A stretch of 64,000 nt of DNA from Octopus sinensis. Lineage: Eukaryota. Position numbers and translations under genes: made by a program. The notes under the pieces were generated by a model. It was not told the DNA's origin. It searched no databases and saw only the letters and a program-made list of their open reading frames with translations. Below, in pieces: positions 37,609-50,485 of this stretch (position 1 is the first letter of the stretch; the number at the start of each line of letters is the position of its first letter). The DNA is taken from NCBI RefSeq assembly GCF_006345805.1, contig NC_043017.1, positions 6,634,001 to 6,698,000 of the forward strand, in the 5' to 3' direction.

Positions 37609-37828
37609 ACATGGGGGCGGTGAAAAGTTCCTGGCTTTAAGGGCGTCACAAAAGGCTTGGTTGAGAGCCCAAACTTCCATGTTCTTTTACAGAGCTTAGA
37701 AAAACTGAAGGACCACTGCAATAAGTGTGTGAATCTGAGAGGGGAATATGTTGAATAATATCATACTTAACTGAACCTCCAGCATTTTCTTTTACCCAAA
37801 GACCTGGAACTTTTCTGCCACTACTCAT
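37609..37828 (+). mobile_element. Mariner-derived non-autonomous element
   Basis: Imperfect TIRs (..gaaaagttcctgg / ..cctggaacttttc..). Internal FYRALEKLKDHCNKCVNLRGEYVE* matches a mariner transposase C-terminus. Confidence 0.7.
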
Positions 37829-37915
37829 ATGTATATGTGTGCATGAATGTGTGTGTGTGGATATATATATAATATATATATATATAATATGTATGTATGC
37901 ATATGTGTGCATGAA

Positions 37916-37960
<45 letters not shown>

Positions 37961-38253
37961 ATGTATATGCGTGTGTGTGTATATATATATATAATATATA
38001 TACATGTATGTATGTATATGCGTGTGTGTGTGTGTGTAAAGCCATGAATGACAGAGAAAATCCTAATGTCATGGCAAATTGTTTCGTAACTAAAATGCAT
38101 GCAAGTAATTTATATTATCATATTTGACAATAAATAAATTACTGACATGTCTATTACTAAATATTCTGTATCGTTTGTACAATAACACATTAATGAGCTT
38201 ATTTTTTGAGTAGCTCCAGATTACTTGACTCCATATATATATATATATGTATA

Positions 38254-38291
<38 letters not shown>

Positions 38292-38506
38292 CGCACATGC
38301 AAATATGTGTATATATGTTTTATGTACTTGAGTAGTATATTCTTTTTCATGACATTTAATCAGTGACGTAACTACTATTGATTTCACATTAGGTGACACA
38401 CATGTCTGCATGTGTGTCTTTGTATGTGTATGTATGTGTGTGTGTGTATATATATATGTATGTATGTATGTATGTACATATATATATGTATATATATGCG
38501 TATATA

Positions 38507-38564
<58 letters not shown>

Positions 38565-38568
38565 ATAT

Positions 38569-38851
38569 CACGTGACCGACCAGACCATCAGATGCTGGTA
38601 CACATCGCTAGTCACAATGCGTTCGCATTGTTTTAGCCTTTAAATGACGCCACCCCGCTGGCTAAGCGAGCAGGCCAACAGAAGAAAGAGTGGTGAAAGA
38701 GTACAGCAGGGATCACCACCCCCTGCCGGAGCCTCGTGGAGCTTTTAGGTGTTTTCGCTCAATAAACACACAACGCCCGGTCTGGGAATCGAAACCGCGA
38801 TCCTTCGACCACGAGTCCGCTGCCCTAACCACTGGGCCATTGCGCCTCCAC
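38569..38851 (-). mobile_element. Full-length tRNA-headed SINE (family D-related)
   Basis: Minus head ggaggcgcaatggcccagtggttagggcagcgg...ggtttcgattccc, ~280-bp body, inserted in (TA)n. Confidence 0.8.
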
Positions 38852-38988
38852 TATATATATATGTGTGTGTGTGTGTATATATGCATATATATATATGTGT
38901 GTATATATATGTGTATATATATGTATATATATGTATGTGTGTATATATATATGTATATATTATATATATATATATATATATTATATAC

Positions 38989-39044
<56 letters not shown>

Positions 39045-39762
39045 AATGTCAACAATGAGAATGGTTATATACACATACATACAAACACATACTTACACAC
39101 ATGCACATATATATAAGATATAAAGTATTTTTGGTGATGAGCAGAATAGCATATTGGTAATAATAATAATAACAATAATTGTGATTTCTTTTATAATAAT
39201 GATAAGAAGAAGAAGAAATGAAAGAATTCTTCCTTTGTTCATTTACACAATGTCATTACAACCTTCGTCTGAACCAATTTTTCCATATACTAAGGAAATT
39301 GAACTTCTACCCTTTAGGAAGAAACACACACATTCTTAAGCGTTAGACAAACAGTTCTTAGATGTAATAATGTAAATATTGTATTTATTTTTATATTTTA
39401 TTCCATTTCATTTCCTTCAAGACTTTCTGTACCCCTGTGAATGTATGTATGTACATACATACATTCGTATATATATATATATATAAATTGAAGTATACAG
39501 TACCAATTTATTGACAGATATTCAGATATATGAGTGCATTTTTTCCTGACTTATGGACTCTTAGACAACACACACATATATATATATAATACAGGGTAAC
39601 TTAAAACACATATAAACTAAGAAGAGTTCCTTTATGTCTTGTAACTAACATTATATTATAGTTGTAATTATATAAGGAAGTAATAGTATTCTTAAACGCA
39701 GGATAATGCTAAAAATATAACATGAACAGGATTAACTATCTATATTTTGCAGAAAAATGTGT

Positions 39763-39839
39763 TGGTGGCCAGCCATGGGACTTGAACTCACATCCATGTG
39801 ATTATGCATCTAGTGCTTTACCTTTACGCTAAACTGACC
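39763..39839 (-). pseudogene. Degenerate tRNA-like sequence with genomically encoded CCA
   Basis: GGTCAGTT/GGCTGGCC acceptor pairing, TAGC..GG D region, GTTCAAGTCCC T arm, terminal ACCA. The anticodon stem is broken (CAT at loop centre), so it is not called functional. Confidence 0.5.
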
Positions 39840-40409
39840 CAACAACAAATTCTTCTGCAAATTTAGGATTTATAACACGCTGTTGTATGTTAAATTCAAA
39901 TTATGATGAATGTAAACAAAGTTTGCTTTAGAAGCGTTGAGATGTATTGAAAGATGAGGAAATAATTTTATTCTCAAATTTATATGTGTGTATACATTGT
40001 GTTAACATGTACCTCATTGCGATAATATAAATTTCCTTTTAATCAAGATACCATTGACCTGAAGTGTAGCCAGTGGTATACACCTCACTTGGATATTTAC
40101 CACTTCTGAGGTTCCACTTGCTATGAAACATACGTAGCCTGGATCTTATATATATATATATACCAATTATATACGTTTTTATTATTTTTTTTGCAATTTA
40201 CTTAATCATTGGTATTTTATTATTTTAATTTTGATATTTCTATTATATGTAATTTTCTAGACGGTGTAATTTAATTGTTCATTTTGAATTGATAAAAGGT
40301 GTTTTTTTCTAATTTATATATATATTATATTGTGTGAAATTTGATTTAGTATTTCTAAATTGAATTTTTTCCCTGTAAGTTTGGATTAATATTCCCTCAA
40401 ATAATAATA

Positions 40410-40441
<32 letters not shown>

Positions 40442-41014
40442 ATATTAGGTTGCCTGAAAAAGAGCCAAAATGTCAACTCCAGTTAAGAGTTATTGCCCTT
40501 GACATGCAAATCAGGTTTAGCTATTAACTTTAAGCATTACCAATGCAAATGTTCTTGTTCAAAACATTGAAGTTCATACCAGATATATAAAATATGTATG
40601 AGGTACACACACACACATATATGCCTACACATATACATACATAAATATATATGTTGTGTGTGTATATATATATATACATATGTATATATAGGGAGAGTTT
40701 ACGAAAAAAACAAAAGACAAAGACAGGTGGTGTACAAAAAAAACAGATGTATTAGTATAATGCTCAGGAATAGAAGAAGTCTTTTACATTTCGAGCCTAC
40801 GCTCTTCTACAGAGAGGGACACAGAAAAAACAAGGAGTGAAAAAAATGTGTGTAGTGGCTAATATACACACATACATTTTATATACATATATATGCATTC
40901 TTACATGTATATACCTATATCTCTTTATGTATACGTGTGTGTATAGACATATATCTCTCTATGTGTGTGTGTATATATATATATAAAAATATATATATAT
41001 ATTATGTATGTATA

Positions 41015-41078
<64 letters not shown>

Positions 41079-41506
41079 CATACATACTACATATATATGC
41101 AGTCTTACGTGTACATACCTCTATCTCTCTATGTACATATATATATATATAAATGCACATTATAAATCTGTTACATATTTGTATATATATATATATATAC
41201 ATACACATGCATATATGCTCAAACATGCATACATACAATTCGTTCACACATACAGGCATGCATTCATACAAGCATGTATACTTGCATACACACACACACA
41301 GATTCACTCAGCCATTTTGTTTGAGTGAACCTCGAGTGATATCAGCTGCCCTAAATCCTTAAACCCAAATCCAATTAAAGACTAAATCCTCTGATAATGA
41401 TAATATTAATTCTATTCCTTTCTCTGCTGCTTTTATCAATAGCAACATTTAAAATAAAACCAATTTAATTCCCTTTTTTTGTTATCTGTCTTTGATTGTT
41501 GTCTAG

Positions 41507-41644
41507 CTTATGATGGTCCTGCTAGCAACTTTGAGATGAACAACTCTGAGGAAATGACAGAAGTCCAAATATTCAATGTTACTCCTGATGAAAGCAAAGA
41601 TTACAGTGATAGTGACAGTGATATTCCAACCATTTCAACAGATG
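41507..41644 (+). CDS. TUB: Tubby-family exon, acidic variable region (AYDGPASNFEM...PTISTD)
   Basis: ttgtctag acceptor, ATG|GTAAGT donor; 138 nt, phase 1 to 1, open in the required frame. Confidence 0.8.
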
Positions 41645-41996
41645 GTAAGTCTGATGCTTTCTTCCATTTCTATATTCATCGATGTGTATGTGTGTGCGTA
41701 TTTAATTTATATTAAAATTTTATGTATTGATTAAGTCTTTCCTGTTGGTTTAAAATAGTGGTTTTGTCTCAAAATTATCTATATATATATATATATATGT
41801 GTGTAATATAATATAATATATATATTATATATATATATATGTATGTATATATATAATAATATATATATACATAGATATATGTTATATATATATTATGATA
41901 TATATATATGTATGTATATATATATGTATATATATATATATATATTTATGTATGTATATATATATGTATTATATATATATACATAATATATGTATG

Positions 41997-42030
<34 letters not shown>

Positions 42031-42725
42031 ATATATATTATATATATATATATATTATATATATATAGATATCTTGTGTGTGTGGTGTGTGTGTTGTTTA
42101 TATAGATTTCATTCTTCATTTTTTCCATCTTGTCTTTTCATTTCAAAAGGGAAGAGAATTTTATTTTAAGTACCCCTCTTGTCTGGTTTAGTATGCTCTC
42201 GTCTGAATTTTGTTTTTACTGTTTTTCATGTTCAACTTAAAAATTCTTTTCCCATTTCAGAAACAGAAATTGAAAAAAAAAAAAAACAAAAAAAATGTTT
42301 TTCACTGACCAGCAAAAAAAAAAATCTGTTTCAATGGATTTCTTTCCCTTTGATCTTCTCGTATGAATGAAGATAACAAATATTTGGCTTCAACATGAAA
42401 CGTTTTACCTTTTTTTTTTCTTTTTTACCTTTGAATACAATCCCTCTGTGTATGCACACATTCACACACAAACAAACTCTCCCCATCTGGCCATTGAAAA
42501 TCTACCTTAAACAGATTCCATCTAATGTATACAAGCATGGAAAAGTGGCCACTAAAATGCTGTTGTAAATACTGTTGATATACATAACTGCATATACATG
42601 TATACACACACATATATATATATATACATATTTATACATTATATATATATATATGTATATGTATATATATATATTCTAGTAAAAACTGTCCGACGAACGG
42701 GAACGTGAAAATATATGTGTTATAT

Positions 42726-42769
<44 letters not shown>

Positions 42770-43349
42770 TACATAGTACGTATGTATTATATATATATAT
42801 ATAATTATATATATATATGTAGGTATATATATTATATGTATGATCTATATATATATGTACATACATATGTGTGTGTATATATATATATATATATTATAGA
42901 TTACTATATATATGTGTATATATATATATATATCATATAATATATATATTTAGTATATATATATATATATACGTATATACACACACAGACATATTTATAT
43001 TATATACATATGTATGTATGTGTATATATATATATATATATATATGATGCATTATTCCATCGGCTTTGAAGTATGAGAATCTATCTGCCGGAGTTATAAC
43101 TGTTAGACTACTCATAGAGATGATTTGCTTTCAGTGGCAGAAGGATTTGTGTAAGGCCCACCACACTACTTGGGAATGCTGATAGCAAATGTTTGCTGTA
43201 TACTCAACAGCCAATAGATCTTAGGTTTATCTATTAGAGTTCTCCATACCCTGGGGTGATTTCCTTCGCCATGGTATAAAGTTCAGCCCACCCCAGTATG
43301 CTAACCATGTACCTGGCTACCAAACCAGAAATTTCTATATCGTAGCCAG

Positions 43350-43710
43350 TGCACCATCCAATCGTGGCCATGCCAGCCTCGCCTGGCCTCCGTGCCGGTG
43401 GCACGTAAAAAGCACCATCCGAGCGTGGCCGTTCGCCAGCCTCGTCTGGCACCTGTGTCCGTGGCACATAAAAAAAAAAATTAAATAAAAAAACACACCA
43501 TCCGAGCATGGCCGTTCGCCAGCCTCGTCTGGCACCTGTGTCGGTGGCACATAAAAAGCACCTACTACACTCACGGAGTGGTTGGCGTTAGGAAGGGCAT
43601 CCAGCTGTAGAAACACTGCCAGATCTGACTGGCCTGGTGCAGCCTTCGGGCTTCCCAGACCCCAGTTGAACCGTCCAACCCCCTGCTAGCATGGAAAGCG
43701 GACGTTAAAC

Positions 43711-43744
<34 letters not shown>

Positions 43745-43745
43745 T
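43350..43745 (+). mobile_element. RTE 3'-end copy (family C) with three internal units
   Basis: Repeated gccagcctcgtctggcacctgtg..ggcacataaaa, the family C terminus and a long (GAT)n. Confidence 0.85.
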
Positions 43746-44509
43746 CATACATATATGACGGACTCTCCCGTCGAAGATGACGTACGAGTGTTCAGCTTTT
43801 GCCATGCGACCTGTACTAAAGATTTGTTTATAATTGGTCAAATGTTTGTGCCACACATTAGCTCACTGTCTCCATCAAATGAACACTGTCTGAACAGGTG
43901 TACTGTGTGCCACATGTCAGGTGTCACAGTGATTGCAGAGCAATGTGAGATGAACTGTTTTATTCAAGAGCACAATGCATCACTCGGTCTAGGAATTGAA
44001 ACTGATCTTGCGATCATGAGTTCAACACCCTGACCACCAGGCCATGCACTCTCACATGCATATATAAAATATGGGGGTTCACAGGTGAGCTAAACGATTT
44101 AAGTACACCTTAAAGTTTGTTGTCCTCTTCAACAATTATAGGCCTGGCTGTGTGGTAAGTGACTTGCTTACCAACCACATGGTTCCGGGTTCAGTCCCAC
44201 TGCATGGCACCTGGGGCAAATGTCTTCTGGCATAGCCTCAAGCCAACCAAAGCCTTGTGAGTGGATTTGGCAGACGGAAACTGAAAAGAAGCCTATCATA
44301 TATATATGTGTATGTATGTATGTATAGGTGTGTGTGTGTCTGTTTGTCCCCCACCCACCCCACTATCGTTTGACAACCGATGTTGGTGTGTTTATGTCCC
44401 AGCAACTTGCTGACCTTGTGCCAAAATTTGAAACTATTATTATGATTATTATTATTATTGTTATTAAATTGTTTTCCCGTTGTTTAATGTTTGTTTCTAT
44501 CTGTGACAG

Positions 44510-44622
44510 GGAGTCAGCGCGGTTTGATCCTAGAAGATGACGATGAAAGTATTGCTATTGCACCACAGCCTACGACATCCCCTGGCATGCTCTCACCAAA
44601 TGCAGACTTTGATATACAAAAT
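44510..44622 (+). CDS. TUB: Tubby-family exon (GSQRGLILEDDDES...FDIQN)
   Basis: ctgtgacag acceptor, AAT|GTAAAT donor; 113 nt, phase 1 to 0. It bridges the frames of the flanking exons exactly. Confidence 0.8.
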
Positions 44623-44769
44623 GTAAATGCCCCTACCCCCCTCTCTCTATATATATATATTTGTAATTAAATCTTTACTGTTAAATGGCCTCGTATGTAT
44701 TTCATCAACTCTGGAGGGACATGATTGATAATGTCAACTCCAGCAGGAATGGTGTACAGGCTCTAGCAG

Positions 44770-45130
44770 TGTGTGTGTGTGTCTTTGTGCAGTGTGTGTG
44801 GGTGTTTGGACAGTGTGTGTGTGTGTGTTTTTGCAGTGTGTAATGTGTGTGTATGTGCGTGTTGGTGCAGTGTGTATATGTGTGCAGTATGTATGTGTGT
44901 GTGCAGTGTGTATATGTGTGTGCAATGTGTGTGTGTGTATGTGTGTGTGTGTGCAGTGTGTATATGTGTGTGTGTGCAGTGTGTATATGTGTGTGTGTGT
45001 GCAGTGTGTATGTGTGTTTGCAGTGTGTATATGTGTGTGTGTGTGCAGTATGTATATGTGTGTGTGTGCAGTATGTATGTATGTGTGTGTGTGTGTGTGT
45101 TGGTGCAGTGTGTATGTAAGTGTGTGCAGT
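44770..45130. repeat. (GT)n-based minisatellite gtgtgtgtgcagtgtgtatat
   Basis: Direct reading; source of the Cys/Val-rich ORFs. Confidence 0.85.
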
Positions 45131-45450
45131 GTGTTGAAATAATGTTTTTATTTTGAAGCACTTTTTTCGTAAAACGGTGAGGTGGCAGAATCATTAACAT
45201 GCTGGACACCATGCTTAGCGGAATTTCATCCATCTGCATGTTCTGAGTTCAAATTCCACTGAGGTTGACTTTACTGTTCATCCTTTTGGCGTTGATAACT
45301 TAAGTACCAGTGGAGCACTGAGGTCGATATAATCAACTAGCACCCCAGGGGAGGCTGGTATGCATGGTCAGCAACGTGAAATAAAGTGTCTTGCTCAAGG
45401 ACACAATAAGCTATCAGGAATTGAACATTCATGACCTGAATACCCTAACC

Positions 45451-45932
45451 CAGTGCTACTCAAAGTGGTCGTCTGTGAACTGGTGCGGGTCCATGAGCCA
45501 TCAGCTGCCGGTACACGGCAAGCTTCCAGAAAAGAAAGGAACATTATAAAATGCTTATGAAATATTGTTTTATTTGTTTACAAAATAAATATAAGATAAA
45601 AAAAATGTCAACTTTTATTATATTCTTTATATATATTAGAAATATTGAATTTCTAAATGTCTCAGAGAGACATGAGCGGTGGTGAGGCAATAGAGTGGTT
45701 GTATACTGTCAACTCAACATGACAGTCCCGTAAAGGGAATCACACCACCGCCATTTAGCCCTAGGAAGCATCGACGCTTCCTGTTGGCTTTGACACATTT
45801 CCTGTGTCTTTATATATATTTATATATATTGTTTCCGGTATAAATTAATATTACTAAGAAATATTACCGGTCCCTGGCACATTGGGAAAAAAAACTGCTG
45901 GTACGCCATATAAGGTAGTTTGAGAAGCACTG
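45451..45932. mobile_element. hAT-type non-autonomous element
   Basis: TIRs cagtgctactcaaa / tttgagaagcactg; perfect 8-bp TSD ccctaacc (45443-45450, 45933-45940). Confidence 0.85.
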
Positions 45933-46042
45933 CCCTAACCAAAAAGCCGCATACCTTCACTGATGATGTTGATGATGATGATGATGACGACGACGATGAT
46001 ATTAACAGCTGTGGTAATTCTTATTGCTTTCTCTTCTTCCAG

Positions 46043-46240
46043 GATGTTCATGGTATGCTCACCCTCAATTCGAATAACATGTACCCGTCAGATACTCGCG
46101 AGAGCCTGGACGAGTTCGTACTGAAACCCGCTCAGCAAGGATCCATTATTAAGTGTCGGATAACGCGAGACAAACGAGGAGTTGACCGAAGTGTTTATCC
46201 AACGTACTATCTACACATGGAACGAGAAGATGGTAAAAAA
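46043..46240 (+). CDS. TUB: Tubby-family exon, start of Tubby domain (..[45 protein letters not shown])
   Basis: cttcttccag acceptor, AAA|GTGAGT donor; 198 nt, phase 0 to 0. Clear match to [48 protein letters not shown]. Confidence 0.97.
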
Positions 46241-46539
46241 GTGAGTGTGACCGTTCACGATGAACTCCTCTCTCTCTCTTCCAATGTTTAACTGTTTTAT
46301 TTGTTATTTGTGTTTAGTTTGTTGTATATGTCTCATTCTGTCATTGATTGCTGTATTTCTGACTGAGAGAGTAATGAAGGGAGTGTATGTCACTAAGTGC
46401 TGAATAAATATTGCAAAGGACCCCTTCCTTAACTTGCTTCCTTTATCTGTGGTGATGACAGGCATTGCTCTCCCATTCAGTCTCCTGCATATCACAGGCC
46501 TTTAATGAGGACTTGACACAGTCCTTAAATTGCAGCCTT

Positions 46540-46760
46540 GGTTTCTGCCAGGGTCTCTTTCATCAGAGATGTCTCAGACACATTCTGAATGTTAGCTGGA
46601 CCTTAAAAACTCCAGGCACACAGGTCCTGAGGACATCTGATATCTTGAGTATTGCGGCTATGGTGCACAAGCACCAGTTATGTTGGACTGGACACCTTAT
46701 TAGAATGAAGGATAGCAGGATTCCTAAGCAGTCGCTATATGGGGAACTTGTGAATGGAAA
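46540..46760 (+). mobile_element. RTE (BovB-like) LINE C-terminal fragment
   Basis: FHQRCLRHILNVSW...QLCWTGHLIRMKDSRIPKQSLYGEL. Confidence 0.8.
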
Positions 46761-47368
46761 GATATATATATATATATATATCCTTACATACATACATACA
46801 TACATAGATTGAACAGGCTCTACCTAATTCACCCACAATCCTTTAGATAACCTGCAGTTGTAGTAAAAAACACTTGCCCTAAGGTGTCATACAATGGGTC
46901 TGAACCCAAGGACATGGTTGGGCAGTAATGACATAGCCATCTGAGGCATGTGGTGGGCTTGTTGTATTGGGTGTGCTGTCACACCCAGTTCCACCAAATT
47001 TCAAGCAGGGATATAACAAAATTTTTCCATTAAGATTTGTGATTAAATTAACAAGTAAGGTCACTATTTATTATGAATTTGCCATTTTTGATGGGTGTGC
47101 AGCACACATCTAACACACCTGGAATATATGCCCATGATAGATAGGTAGGTAGATAGGTAGGTAGGTAGGTAGATAGGTAGGTAGGCAGGCAGGCAGGCAG
47201 GCAGATAGAAAGATAAATAGGTAGGTAGTCTGACAGACAGACAGATAGGTAGGTAGATAGTGAGATAGATAACAGGAAGCTTTATGAAAATAAACAAAAG
47301 ACGAAGGCAGGTGGAGTACAAACAAACAATTGTATTAGTATGGCGCTCAGGAATAGAAATAAAACAAG

Positions 47369-47406
47369 TCTTTTACGTTTCGAGCCTACGCTCTTCAACA
47401 GAAAGA
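47369..47406 (-). ncRNA. Minimal hammerhead-like motif, best-preserved H1 copy
   Basis: UCUUU-CUGUUGA-A-GAG-CGUAGG-CUC-GAA-ACGU-A-AAAGA. Confidence 0.5.
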
Positions 47407-48509
47407 TACACAGAAAAGAAACACAGAGAGAAACAAGGAGAGAGAAAAAATGCGTGCAGGAGCTAACGAATCAACATGGCGGTTTGATTTCGGCCAGAAG
47501 TCAGAGATCAGAAGTTAGACGCAAGAGGGATAGTAGAGGAGATAATAAGGTCAAATGACCTCGCCCCAACATAAGGGTGCGTGTGTGTATGAGAGAGTAT
47601 GTATGTGCGTATGAAAGGTCTGGACGTGTGTATGTATGTATGATGTGGTGTAGTGTAGTGTCGTATGGTGTAGTGTAGTGTGGTGGGAGGTGGGGAAAGC
47701 CCATGTGGGGTGTGGGTTCGGCTGGGGGTTGTGGGGAGAGTGAAAGGGGAGGGGGATAGATAGATAATTAGGTAAGTAGGTAGGTAGGCAGGCAGGCAAG
47801 TGGACAGCCATAGAAAGATAAATAGGTAGGTAGATAGACAGACAGATAGGTAGTTAGATGGCTGGATGGATAGATAGGTAAATAGATAGATAGCAATGGT
47901 GCCACCAAATTTCAAGCAGGGGTATAATAAAAGTTTTCTCATTAAATTAATGAGTAAGGTTAATATTTATAATGAATTTGCCATTTTTGATGGGTGTGCA
48001 GTGCTCACCTACCACACCTGGAACATACGCACATGATAGTCATAAACTGCAATACAGCCCAGCCGTAAATTTCATTATTGCAACTAAGATAATTTGGTGT
48101 CAAAATACAAATTCAATTGATACAAGAGTGTCATAAACTCTTAAGTATTTTGACCCAGTTTCAAACCTTAGTCAGGCACTATGTACGCTATAGGAACATC
48201 GTCCTGTATAGTGTTCAATTTTCAGATAAATTCACCTTTTTCACGGGGTGGGGCGCGGTGGGGTGGCAGTGTGTTTTTATCATGGTGTTTTATGAGTTTT
48301 TTTAATTATTTTTTTTTGTATTTTGTTGTTGTTGTTGCGTTTCTGTTCTTCCCTTGCAGCTCCTGTTTGTTGATTATTTTTGTTTTGTTTTTTTTTCAAA
48401 TTTGGGGTAAATTTTACCTCGTTTCAGACATATGAGAAATAAGGATTAAAATAAATGGGTAAAAACAAATATGGACGGATTTAAATAATACTCCAATATA
48501 TATATACTT

Positions 48510-48546
<37 letters not shown>

Positions 48547-48559
48547 ATATATATATTTA

Positions 48560-48716
48560 AGTAGGTGAATGAATTATCCTATGTTTATCGTCAGCATGGA
48601 AAATTCGTTTAACCGAAACCTGGGTAGCAAATTCACTGCAGAAATTTACTCTCGAAACATATGTCGAGAGTAAAGGAATTTTGTTAACATCTTCGTTCAA
48701 CTCCATTCTTTCATTT
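48560..48716 (+). mobile_element. (TA)n-embedded element shared with 57715-57976
   Basis: agtaggtgaatgaattatcctatg...gcaaattcac and gtaaaggaattttgttaacatcttcgttc..ctccattctttcatt both recur at 57.7-58.0 kb. Confidence 0.7.
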
Positions 48717-48830
48717 ATTTATATATATATATAATATATATATATATAATATATATATATATATAATATATATATATGTATAATATATATGTATATATAT
48801 GTATATATATGTATATATATATATGTATAT

Positions 48831-48861
<31 letters not shown>

Positions 48862-48901
48862 GTATATATATATATGTATATATATATGTATATATATTAT
48901 G

Positions 48902-48938
<37 letters not shown>

Positions 48939-49269
48939 GTAAACAAACCCGAAGGCTTCACCATGCTTCGCTGCTAAATCTACAAGTTTTTTTTTTCATT
49001 CTCTCTGTTTATTTTCCCTTATTCCTTTCAGTTGAAGAGCATAGGCTTGAAACGTAAAAGACTTTTTCATTTTCCTAAGCGTCAAACTAATACACCTGCT
49101 TGTTGTTCATATGTTCATACAACTTTCTTTATCTTTTGCTTTTCTATAAATTTCAACCATATATATATATATGTATATATAGATAGATAGATATATGCAT
49201 ATATATATGTATATATATGTATGTATGTATATATATATACACATATAAAATGTATATGATGTATATAAT

Positions 49270-49645
49270 AAAAAACACCATCCAAGTATGGCCAATGCCA
49301 GTAGCCCCTGAATAGATCCCATGCCAGTGGCACATGAAAAGCACTATTTGAATGTGATCAATGCCAGGACCGCCTGACTGGCCCCTATGCCGGTGGCATG
49401 TAAAAAGCACCATCCAAACATGGCTGATGCCAGTACTCCCTGATTGGTCCCCATGCCAGTGGCATGTAAAAATCACCCACTACACTCACAGAGTGGTTGG
49501 CGTTAGGAAGGGCATCCAGCTGTAGAAACATTGCTGGATAAGATTGGAGCCTTGTGCAGCCTCCTGGCTTGCCAGTCCCCAGTCAGACGATCCAACCCAT
49601 GCCAGCATGGAAAACGGACATTAAACGATGATGATGATGATGACG
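49270..49645 (+). mobile_element. RTE 3'-end copy (family C, diverged)
   Basis: Three internal units, the family C terminus and (GAT)n. Confidence 0.7.
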
Positions 49646-50094
49646 ATATATATATATATATATATATATTTTTTAATTATATATTATTATTATTATTATT
49701 AATAGAAGGAAATTAATATATATAAACACATACACACATTCTACCTCACAAACATACTACATTCCATCCATTCACACACACACACACACCTAAATGCAAT
49801 GGCTTATTTAAAAGAACCAACGAATATGATAATTTTTATACCCTGTATTTATTAATCACACCCCAGGTAGATAGGTAGGTTTTGTGTGGGTGGATAGACA
49901 ACCACATAAGTAGAGGAAGGTTGGTAGTATAATAGACACATGGGTAGAAAGGTAACAAAGTAGATAAAAAGAATGTCGACCAAATGATACAATAGTATCT
50001 AGGTAGGGCTTTCAGATAGAGGGGTGGGAATGTTGATGGATTTGTAGGTTTGTGGTTGGTAGTTGTTAATGTTGTTACCTATGAAGGTATAGTG

Positions 50095-50485
50095 TTGGCT
50101 GTGTGATAGGAAGCTTGCTTCCCAACCACATGGTTCTGGGTTCAGTCCCCGCCGCGTGGCACCTCGGGCAAGTGTCTTCTTCTATAGCCTTCGGCTGATT
50201 GAAGCCTTACAAATGGATTTGGTAAATGGAAACTGAAAGAAGCCCATCATATGTGTGTGTGTGTAGCTTGTGCTATGTTTATCCCCCACCATCACTTGAT
50301 AACCTATGTTGGTTTGTTTTTGTCCCCATACCATAGCAGTTCGGCAAAAGAGACCGATAGAAAAGGTATCAGACTTCAAACGAAATAATTATCAGGGCTT
50401 GATTTGCTTGACAGAAAACCATTCAAGGCAGTGCCCCAGCATGGCCATAGGCCAAGGTCTAAAGCAAATAAAAAGTTAAAAAAGA
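50095..50485 (+). mobile_element. SINE family A (diverged)
   Basis: Family A head and body with substitutions. Confidence 0.7.

Noticed and set aside
38770-38851. tRNA gene
   Set aside because: tRNA-like head continuous with a SINE body; no acceptor-stem closure. The same applies to the family A, B and D heads.
46990-48040. ~150-bp direct repeats at ~46990 and ~47900 as LTRs
   Set aside because: No TG..CA ends, PBS or internal coding sequence; more likely two copies of a small dispersed repeat.
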